Source: Pseudomonadota bacterium (GTDB lineage Bacteria; Myxococcota_A; Polyangia; Polyangiales; JAFGIB01). From it: a DNA stretch of 63,209 bases. The stretch spans positions 1 through 63,209 of the forward strand of contig JADGRE010000005.1 in NCBI GenBank assembly GCA_017881185.1, read 5' to 3'. A program made the position numbers and the translations under genes. Below the pieces are notes generated by a model. It did not search any database, was not told the origin of the DNA, and worked only from the letters and a program-made list of their open reading frames with translations. Of the stretch, positions 49,462 through 57,446 are shown piece after piece. The stretch's first letter is position 1, and each line of letters begins with the position of its first letter.

Positions 49462-51957
49462 ATGTCGCAGTCGCCCCCACCGCTCTTGCCGCTGCTGCAG
49501 CAGTGTCTGCAGGCGGCGGATCCGCTGGCGCTGCGCTCCGAGCTGTTGGCTGGGCTGCGCGCGGCGGCGGAAGGGTCGCCGGAGGGCAGCGCCGCATTGC
49601 AACGTAACGTTGCAGTTCTGGAAGCGGCAGTAGACGCCGCTGCCGTGAAGTTGCTCGCAGCACGCCTGCTGCGTGAGCACGTGCAACGGCGGGCCGTGGC
49701 GACCAGCGCGGAGGCAGACGCCGCTGCCGACGCGGACACGCGCTCTGCGGCTGAGGCCAAGGTCGACCGTCGACGCGTGCGCGCTGCTCGCAGCCAGAGC
49801 AAGGCGCTGGCCGAGCATCGCGCGGCGCCTGCGAGAGCCGCCGAGCAACCGGTCGAGACGCTTGGTGGTGTGGGTCCGAGTCTCGGGCAGAGCCTGCGCG
49901 CACGGGGGCTGCACACGCTCTCGGATCTGGTGTGGCTCTTGCCAGTTGCCTACGACGACGAGCGCGTAGTCACGCCGCTGTCACAGCTCGTGGTGGGCGT
50001 GCGGCAAGTGACTGAAGGCATTGTGTTCGGCGCGCGCGGCGGTGCGCGCGGTCGCGGTCCGCGCATGGCCGATGTCGTGCTCGAAGCGCCGCGCGAGGCC
50101 GGCGCAGAGGTCGCGACGCTGCACCTGGTGTGGTTTCGCGCGCCGCCAGGTCTGCTGGCACGCTTCACGCCAGGCGCGCGCTATCGCGTATCGGGCGTGG
50201 TCGAAGAGTTCCGCGGTCGCAAACAGATCACGCACCCGCAGACGCAGCGCCTCGAGGCTGGCGAGGCGGCGCAGGCGCGCGGCGTGGTGCCACGCTATCC
50301 GAGCATCCCAGGCGTGCCCCCCGCGCGTCTTGCCGGCTTCGTGCGTGCTGCGTTCGGGCGTGTGCTGCCAACGCTCGATGAGGCCATTCCGGCGGCCATG
50401 CAGGCGCAGCTCGGGCTCGGAACGCTCGCCGCCGCCCTGCGTGCGCTGCATGAGCCTCCGCGCGGGCTCGACGATGAAGAGTTGCACGCGTGGAACGAGG
50501 CCCGCACGCCACACCATGCGCGGCTCGCCTTCGAAGAGTTCTTCCTGCTCGAGCTGGCACTGTTCCGCCGCCGGGTCGAAGACCAAGGCGTGCGTGCCGA
50601 GGCGCTGGCACCGAAGGCCCAGCCGATCGCCCGCGTGCAACAAGCCCTTGGTTTCGAGCTGACCGCAGCGCAACGGCGGGTGGTGGCGGAGATCAGCGGC
50701 GACCTGCAGCGCGACAGCCCCATGCGACGGCTTTTGCAAGGCGACGTGGGCAGCGGCAAGACGGCGGTGGCGCTGCTGGCAGCCGCACACTGCGTCGCCG
50801 CGGGCGCGCAGGTGGCGTTCATGGCGCCCACTGAAGTGTTGGCCGAGCAGCACTTTCGCTCCATCGCGAAGGTCGCGCAGGCGCTCGGCATGCGTGCTGC
50901 GCTCGTGCTCGGTGCCGAGCGCGCTTCGCACCGGCGCAAGACGCGCAAGGCGCTCGAGGCAGGCAGCATCGATCTGGCCGTGGGCACCCACGCGTTGCTC
51001 TCGGAGGGCCTGCGCTTTGCGCGCTTGCGCCTGGTGATCGTCGACGAGCAGCATCGCTTCGGCGTGGGTCAGCGCTTGCGCTTGGTCGACAAGGGGGAGG
51101 GCAAGCTCGCTCCGCACTTGCTCGTGATGACGGCCACGCCGATCCCACGCACGCTCACGCTCGCGCTGCACGGGGACCTCGAGAGCAGTGTGCTCGACGA
51201 GATGCCGGCAGGTCGCAGCGCACCGGTCACGCGCGCGTATGTGCAGGCCGAGCGTGAGCGCGCGCTTGCGCAGCTCGAGCGCGGCCTCGAGGCAGGTGGA
51301 CAAGCCTACGTGGTGTGTCCGTCCATCGAAGACTCCGAGGAGAATGAGCTGCGCTCCGCCGAGCAGACCTTCGCGGAGCTGAGCGAACGCTTCGCGAGCT
51401 ACGGCGTGGGTCTCTTGCATGGGCGGCTGTCCGCCGAGGCGAAGCAGGCTGCGATGGAGAGCTTCGTAGCGGGCACGACTCGCGTGCTGGTGTCGACCAC
51501 CATCATCGAAGTGGGCATCGACGTGCCGCGCGCCAATGTGATCTTGATCGAGCATGCCGAGCGCTTCGGCTTGGCGCAGCTGCACCAGTTGCGTGGTCGC
51601 GTGGGGCGCGGTGGCCAGCTCAGCGCGTGCTTGCTGGTGCACGAGGCGGCGAGCGAGGAATCGCGCGCTCGCATCCGGGTGATGTGCGAGACCACGGATG
51701 GCTTTCGCATCGCCGAAGAAGACCTGCGTCTGCGTGGGCCCGGCGAGCTCTTTGGTCATCGGCAATCGGGGCTGCCCGGCTTTCGCTTTGGTGACCTGCG
51801 GCGCGACGCGCCGCTCTTGGCACGCGCGCGGGAGGCCGCGCAGCAGGTCATCGCGATCGACCCGGACCTGCAGCTGCCCGAGCATCAAGCCGCGCGACAC
51901 ACGCTGCAGCAAGCGCACACCGGCAGCCGGCGCGTGGTGAAAGAAGAAGCGGGTTGA
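49462..51957 (+). CDS. recG: ATP-dependent DNA helicase RecG
   Basis: 'MRRLLQGDVGSGKT', 'DEQHRFG', 'MTATPIPRT', 'QLHQLRGRVGRG', 'DLRLRGPGE'. Confidence 0.97.
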   Translation: MSQSPPPLLPLLQQCLQAADPLALRSELLAGLRAAAEGSPEGSAALQRNVAVLEAAVDAAAVKLLAARLLREHVQRRAVATSAEADAAADADTRSAAEAKVDRRRVRAARSQSKALAEHRAAPARAAEQPVETLGGVGPSLGQSLRARGLHTLSDLVWLLPVAYDDERVVTPLSQLVVGVRQVTEGIVFGARGGARGRGPRMADVVLEAPREAGAEVATLHLVWFRAPPGLLARFTPGARYRVSGVVEEFRGRKQITHPQTQRLEAGEAAQARGVVPRYPSIPGVPPARLAGFVRAAFGRVLPTLDEAIPAAMQAQLGLGTLAAALRALHEPPRGLDDEELHAWNEARTPHHARLAFEEFFLLELALFRRRVEDQGVRAEALAPKAQPIARVQQALGFELTAAQRRVVAEISGDLQRDSPMRRLLQGDVGSGKTAVALLAAAHCVAAGAQVAFMAPTEVLAEQHFRSIAKVAQALGMRAALVLGAERASHRRKTRKALEAGSIDLAVGTHALLSEGLRFARLRLVIVDEQHRFGVGQRLRLVDKGEGKLAPHLLVMTATPIPRTLTLALHGDLESSVLDEMPAGRSAPVTRAYVQAERERALAQLERGLEAGGQAYVVCPSIEDSEENELRSAEQTFAELSERFASYGVGLLHGRLSAEAKQAAMESFVAGTTRVLVSTTIIEVGIDVPRANVILIEHAERFGLAQLHQLRGRVGRGGQLSACLLVHEAASEESRARIRVMCETTDGFRIAEEDLRLRGPGELFGHRQSGLPGFRFGDLRRDAPLLARAREAAQQVIAIDPDLQLPEHQAARHTLQQAHTGSRRVVKEEAG

Positions 51958-54900
51958 TGGCGCACGTGTCGCCAGCCTGGTCGCCGATGGTCGTGCGTGC
52001 TGGCGTGTTCGGCGCGGCGCTGGGCGTGTTCGAAGCGCTTTGCGTCGCGCTCATCGACCACGCGCTCTTTCTCTCCCCCGTGGAGTTTCTGCGTTTCGCC
52101 TTGATCGCGCTGCTCGTGAACGCCTCGATTGGCGTCGTGTTGGGTAGCTCAGTGCAAGCCACGCTCGCCGTGCTGCAGCGTGCGCAGCTGTTGGCTGCGT
52201 CCGGCTTGGGCCGCGGAGTGGTGCTTGTGCTGACCCTTGTCGCGTGGCCTCCTGCGGCGGCCGTGCTGTGGTCGCTCAGCGCGGGACGTCGCGTCCGCGA
52301 GCTGCCTGGGCGCCTCTGGTGGGTTGCGGCCCTCGCCGTGTGCTCCGCATGGGGACTCGCGCAGCTGGCGGGCCGCTTCGCGCGCTGTGCCGCGACGGGC
52401 GATGCGCGGGCACGCTGGCGCTGGGTCTGGGGGCTGTGCGCATCTGCAGCGTGCGCCTTGGTGGTCGACACCACGGTCCTGCGCCGCCTCTACCCGGTGT
52501 TCCACCTGAGCCTCAGCGTATGGGCGTGGTTGGCCGTTGCTGCAGCGAGCGCGCTCAGCTCGTGGCCACCTGCAAGTCTGCGGCACGCGTACAAGCTCGC
52601 ATTGCTGGTGGTGGCTTGCGCGCTGGTTGCGCCCTTCGCTCTGCGCGAGCTCGGCGCGGCTCCCAATGCGCGCTTTGCGGTGGAGCTTGCCGCACCGCTC
52701 ACCGGCAAGTTGCTGCGGCGCGTGTCCGCACCGGCAGCTGCACCTGCGCGTACGGCGCTTGCGACACGCGCCAGTCCAGCTGCGCAGGCAACAGCGACGG
52801 GGCCAACGGTCGACCTGCACGGCCAGGACATCCTGCTCATCACCATCGACGCGCTACGCGCCGATCGCCTGGAAGCGTACGGTGGCCACGGCGTCACGCC
52901 CGAGCTCGACAAGCTCGCGCGACAGTCGGTGGTTTTTCGGCACGCCTACACCTCCACGCCGCACACTTCGTACGCGCTCGGCTCGTTGCTCACCGGCAAG
53001 TACTTGCGGCCGGTGTTGTCATTGCCTAACGCGGCGAGCCAGCACGCGACGCTGCCACGTCTGCTGCGCCGCTACGGCTACCGCACGGCGGGCTTTTACC
53101 CGCCGGCGATCTTCTTCGTCGACCAGGAGCGCTTCAAGAGCTTGCATGACGATCGCTTCGGCTTCGAGTACGTGCGCGAGATGTTCGCGCCGGCCGATGC
53201 GCGTGTGGCGCAACTGGCGCGCTACCTCGATCAAGCCCCGGCAGATCACCCGGTGTTCGCGTGGGTGCACCTCTTCGAGCCGCACGAACCCTACGAGCCG
53301 CCGGCTGCGTTTCGTCGCGGCAACGAGCTGGTCGAGCTCTACGATGGGGAAGTCGCTGCGGCCGATGCCGCGGTGGGCAAGCTCGTGGCGCTGTTCCAGA
53401 AGCGTAGACCCAACTCCACGATCATCATCACTGCCGATCATGGCGAGGAGTTCGGCGATCACGGCGGCTACCACCACGGCACCACGCTCTTCGAAGAGCA
53501 GACGCGGGTGCCCTTGCTTTGGCTCTCGCCGGGCAAGGTCCGGCCGGCACGGCTCGACGCGCCGGTAGAGCATGTCGACATCGCCACCACCTTGTTGCGC
53601 GCACTGGGCATGCCGCGCGACGCGCGCATGCGTGGCGACGACCTAACGCCGTTGCTCGCAGGTGCGGCTGCCGATCCACATGCGCGCGCGTTCGCGTCGA
53701 TCGACGAGCTGCAGATGTGGACCGATGGGCGTTTCAAGCTGTTGTGCGACCAGCGCCCGCGCGGTTGCCGCTTGTTCGATCTTCAGGTCGATCCCTTGGA
53801 GCAGCGCGACGTCGGCAGCACGCAGCCCGCGGAGCTCACGACCTTGCACGACGAGCTGAGCGACTTCATGGCGTCATTGCCGCAAATCGAGGCCGCAGCC
53901 ATGGAAGGCGGCGGTGGCTGGCCCAAGGCGTTGGCCCGCGCGCGCCTGGGCGACCCCAGCGTGGGGCCCGAGCTCATCGGCTTGTTGGGTTCGGAGCGCG
54001 CGCAGGTGCGCGCCGAAGCGTTGCGCGCCATCGCGCGTCAGGGCACTGTGGTCGATCGCGGCCTGCTCGCGACCATGCGCTCCGGCGATCCCGACGCGGC
54101 GGTGCGTGCCGAGGCCGCGTTGACGGCGCTGACGCTCGGCGACCACGCCGCGCTGGCGCAGGTGCTTGCGGTGGTGCAACACAGCGTTGCCGATGGCACG
54201 CAGGACAACGATCTCGCCCGCCGTGCCGCGTTGCTCTGCGACCCTGCCACGGAGCCTGCGGTGCTGCGCGTGCTCGCGGCGCTCGCCCAAGACGATCGAG
54301 CCGACGAGGCGCTGCGCACTGCTGCGCTCACGCGTCTTGGCGACAGCCATGCGGCGCAAGCCGTCGGCCCCCTGATCGCCGTGTTGCCCAACGTGCGTTT
54401 GCGCTCGGTTGTAGTGCGCGCCTTGGCGAGCGTCGGCGGGCGTGCGGCCGCGGATGCGCTGGCGAGCACGTTCGAACAGGAACGCTACGCGCAGGCGCGC
54501 ACCGATGAAGCGCAGGCATTGTTTCGTCTGCACGATCCGCGCGCCGGCAAGCTGCTCTTACGCTTCCTCGGTACCGAGACGGGTGTGCCCGATGGTCTGT
54601 CGGTGCTGCTCGAGCACGGGCAAGCCCTGCCCCGCGCGCAAGGTGTCATGCTCGACTTGCGCGGCGGCACATCCGGCGTCGCCGGCGACGGCGGTGTTGC
54701 TTTCGAACGCCCCTCGGGTCTAGTCGGGGCGTGGGCGTGCGTGCGCGGTCGTGGCTGCGCGCCCACGGGCGACACGGCTGCGCTCGCGATCCCGCGCAAC
54801 CTGGCAGTCGGCGAGCCCGCGCGCGTGGTGTTGCAGCTCGACGCGGCGCGCTCGGGCCAATGGCTCGAGGTGGCAGGCAGGCGGCAGGCGCTCGCAGCCG

Positions 54901-55070
54901 GCGAGAGCTCCGCCAGTCTGCTCATCCCGGTGCCGCCTGCTGCGACGACGCTGCCGCTGCGGGCCAGCCCCGGCACTCATCTTCGGGCCCTGGCGCTCTT
55001 GCACCGCAGCGCCGACATCCCACCGCCCAAGCCGCAGGCCTACGATGCTGGCACAGATGCCGCGCCCTGA
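51957..55070 (+). CDS. membrane-anchored sulfatase-like hydrolase/transferase with C-terminal HEAT repeats
   Basis: About 7 N-terminal TMs; 'ILLITIDALRAD', 'HLFEPHEPY', 'TADHGEEF'; HEAT repeats after the catalytic domain. Confidence 0.85.
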   Translation: MAHVSPAWSPMVVRAGVFGAALGVFEALCVALIDHALFLSPVEFLRFALIALLVNASIGVVLGSSVQATLAVLQRAQLLAASGLGRGVVLVLTLVAWPPAAAVLWSLSAGRRVRELPGRLWWVAALAVCSAWGLAQLAGRFARCAATGDARARWRWVWGLCASAACALVVDTTVLRRLYPVFHLSLSVWAWLAVAAASALSSWPPASLRHAYKLALLVVACALVAPFALRELGAAPNARFAVELAAPLTGKLLRRVSAPAAAPARTALATRASPAAQATATGPTVDLHGQDILLITIDALRADRLEAYGGHGVTPELDKLARQSVVFRHAYTSTPHTSYALGSLLTGKYLRPVLSLPNAASQHATLPRLLRRYGYRTAGFYPPAIFFVDQERFKSLHDDRFGFEYVREMFAPADARVAQLARYLDQAPADHPVFAWVHLFEPHEPYEPPAAFRRGNELVELYDGEVAAADAAVGKLVALFQKRRPNSTIIITADHGEEFGDHGGYHHGTTLFEEQTRVPLLWLSPGKVRPARLDAPVEHVDIATTLLRALGMPRDARMRGDDLTPLLAGAAADPHARAFASIDELQMWTDGRFKLLCDQRPRGCRLFDLQVDPLEQRDVGSTQPAELTTLHDELSDFMASLPQIEAAAMEGGGGWPKALARARLGDPSVGPELIGLLGSERAQVRAEALRAIARQGTVVDRGLLATMRSGDPDAAVRAEAALTALTLGDHAALAQVLAVVQHSVADGTQDNDLARRAALLCDPATEPAVLRVLAALAQDDRADEALRTAALTRLGDSHAAQAVGPLIAVLPNVRLRSVVVRALASVGGRAAADALASTFEQERYAQARTDEAQALFRLHDPRAGKLLLRFLGTETGVPDGLSVLLEHGQALPRAQGVMLDLRGGTSGVAGDGGVAFERPSGLVGAWACVRGRGCAPTGDTAALAIPRNLAVGEPARVVLQLDAARSGQWLEVAGRRQALAAGESSASLLIPVPPAATTLPLRASPGTHLRALALLHRSADIPPPKPQAYDAGTDAAP

Positions 55071-56230
55071 GCTGCCGCCGGGAGCAGCGCGCCCTTGCGG
55101 TAGCCTTCCGCCAGACCCACCAGCACCTCCGCAGGCACGGCGATGACCGCCTCGGCGATGCGGTTGTGCTCGCCATCCTGATGGCGAATGACAACCGTAC
55201 GTGACTCGTAAGCGCCCTGTAAGATCGACCAGGCGCCGCGCGTCTCGATGGCGAGTGCTTTGATTTCAGGCCAGCGCAGCCGCAAGATGCCGCGGCGGGT
55301 TCGCAAGAGCAGCTCCGCAGGCGTGAGCAAGAGGGCGAGCGGTCCGCCGCGTGCCATGCCCCGCCGGGTGAGCAACACCCAGATCACCGGCACGGCGACG
55401 GTTGCGACCAGCAGCCAGACTGCAGGCCCCGCCAGTAGCGCAGCGCGCAGGCTTGCTGGCAGACGCAAGAGCCCATCCAGCATCGCGATGCCCAGCAGCA
55501 AGCTCGTGTAGGGACCACGCCGCAGCCAAGCGCTGCTGCGCTCGACGACGGCCACGTCTGCTGGACGCTCGCCAGCCGCGACGCTCTCCCACAGCTTGCT
55601 CGCCAGCGCTGCGGGATCAGGGAAGCTCGCTGCGTCGCGCTCCGCAGGTGGTCCCAGCCAACGCATCAAGCGTTCGGCGAGCACGCCCGGCGTGCGTTCG
55701 AACACGGGCGGCAGCGTGAGGTACAAGCGCCCACTGCGCGGATGAGCGATCACGTAGACGTCGGCCCAGCGTCGGCCTGCGCGCTGGCGCCATTGGCCGT
55801 GCTCGCGCACCTCCACCACATCTTGTCGCGGCAGCACGACGTCGCCTTGCGGCGATCGGTAGAGCAACCCTGCCGGTGTGAGCACGAGGCCATAGCGAGG
55901 CAACGACATCCGCACGCGCAAACGCCGCAGCAGCGTCGCAGACAGCACCAACGCACGAACGGTCAGCGCCAGCGCGAGCAAGCGCAACAGCAGGCTGAGC
56001 GGGTCGAGTGGCGAGTGGGCTTGCGTGTCGCGCAGCACCACGGCCGACCACAAGAACGCCGCCAAGAGCGGCGCTGTCGCTGCGCGCACGCCGGTCGCAT
56101 CGAAGACGGGCGGCGTGAAACGCTCCACTACATCGACGTCGACATCGGCGGTCGCGGCGGCGGTCGTGGCGGCGGTCGTGGCGCTCTGCGCGGCGAGCGC
56201 GTTCTCGGCAGCTTGGATCCAGTGCGCCAT
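55040..56230 (-). CDS. hypothetical membrane protein with two TM-hairpin + PH-like modules
   Basis: Two internal repeats of TM-TM followed by 'L.LTPA.LL.R...G'. Confidence 0.65.
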   Translation of the reverse strand: MAHWIQAAENALAAQSATTAATTAAATADVDVDVVERFTPPVFDATGVRAATAPLLAAFLWSAVVLRDTQAHSPLDPLSLLLRLLALALTVRALVLSATLLRRLRVRMSLPRYGLVLTPAGLLYRSPQGDVVLPRQDVVEVREHGQWRQRAGRRWADVYVIAHPRSGRLYLTLPPVFERTPGVLAERLMRWLGPPAERDAASFPDPAALASKLWESVAAGERPADVAVVERSSAWLRRGPYTSLLLGIAMLDGLLRLPASLRAALLAGPAVWLLVATVAVPVIWVLLTRRGMARGGPLALLLTPAELLLRTRRGILRLRWPEIKALAIETRGAWSILQGAYESRTVVIRHQDGEHNRIAEAVIAVPAEVLVGLAEGYRKGALLPAAAQGAASVPAS

Positions 56231-56251
56231 GGGTCGTGGGCGCTGTGTAGC

Positions 56252-56632
56252 TCAGCGCTGGCTCGCTGCACAGCGGCAGTGTGTGGTCGTAGCACGCGCT
56301 TGCGCGCAACCGGTTGCGCCGCGCTCGCAGCGCGCAAGCCCATCGGAGTCAGCCAAAGGCTTTGCGGTGGCGCACAGCGTCGCGGCCGCCTCGCATGCTG
56401 TTGCACTGGCCGCGCACGCTTGCACACACGCGCGTGCACTTGCCTCTAGCTCGTGCACGGCCGCTGCGATCCTGGCTTCTTGCACTTGCATCGCCGCAAA
56501 CGCGTGACTGCGCTCGGCTTCCGTGGTCGGTGCAGGTGCGCGTGCGGCGCAGCCGGCCATGCAGCTCGCAGCCCACAGCAGCAGGCCCACGCGTGCGATC
56601 CACGTGGGTCCGCAGCCCCGGATTGCGAACAC
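56252..56632 (-). CDS. small Cys-rich helical lipoprotein
   Basis: MAGC lipobox; eight further regularly spaced Cys. Start (GTG 56632) uncertain. Confidence 0.55.
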   Translation of the reverse strand: MFAIRGCGPTWIARVGLLLWAASCMAGCAARAPAPTTEAERSHAFAAMQVQEARIAAAVHELEASARACVQACAASATACEAAATLCATAKPLADSDGLARCERGATGCAQARATTTHCRCAASQR

Positions 56633-56684
56633 CTTGGGCTTGTACGGCTGCGGGGCCGTCGCTAGTGTGTAATCAGTCTCCGCC

Positions 56685-57413
56685 ATGCCGTACATCGACC
56701 ACGCGCGCAAAGAGCTTCGTCTCAAGATCGTGTACTACGGACCCGGGCTCGGCGGCAAAACCAGCAACCTCGAGTACATCCACAAGCACACCCGGCCCGA
56801 GCGCCGCGGCAAGCTGGTCGCGCTCAACACGGAAGCCGAGCGCACGCTGTTTTTCGATCTGCTGCCCGTCGAGATCGGCCGCTACAAGGACTACCAGGTG
56901 CGCGTGCACCTGTGCACGGTGCCCGGCCAGATCGCCTACGACCGCACGCGGCAGCTGGTGTTGCGTCACGTCGACGGCGTGGTGTTCGTGGTCGACAGCC
57001 AACCGGCTCGCCTGCGCGAGAACCACGAGAGCATGCGCAACCTCGAGGCGAACCTGCGCTTGCAGGGCGACGACCCCGCCAAGATGCCCTTGGTCGTGCA
57101 GTTCAACAAACGCGATCTGGCAGGCCCTGGTGGCATCGAGGCCTCGCGCGAGGCGCTGGGCATCCCGCCGGGCGTGCTGCAGATCATCGCGAGCGCCGGA
57201 CGCGGCGAAGGCGTGTTCGAGACACTCAAGGCCATCCTCAAGGAATGCCTCGCAGTGGTCGAGGAGCCGTCGCGAGCGCCGCCGGGGCACTCGCCGTCCA
57301 TCGTGCCCGGTCAGCGCGTGTCCATGTTCCCGGAGGCGACGGCAGGCACGCCGGGTTCCGAGAATTCGGGGATGCTCGTCATTGCCACACTGCCGAAGCT
57401 GCCGCGGTTGTAG
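56685..57413 (+). CDS. MglA-family small Ras-like GTPase (orphan paralog)
   Basis: 'KIVYYGPGLGGKTSNL', 'RTLFFDLLP', 'TVPGQ', 'DGVVFVVDSQ', 'NKRDL'; Pro-rich C-terminal extension; no adjacent mglB. Confidence 0.9.
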   Translation: MPYIDHARKELRLKIVYYGPGLGGKTSNLEYIHKHTRPERRGKLVALNTEAERTLFFDLLPVEIGRYKDYQVRVHLCTVPGQIAYDRTRQLVLRHVDGVVFVVDSQPARLRENHESMRNLEANLRLQGDDPAKMPLVVQFNKRDLAGPGGIEASREALGIPPGVLQIIASAGRGEGVFETLKAILKECLAVVEEPSRAPPGHSPSIVPGQRVSMFPEATAGTPGSENSGMLVIATLPKLPRL

Positions 57414-57446
57414 CGCCAGGTTCGCGGGCGCCTTGGGGGCGCAGCA

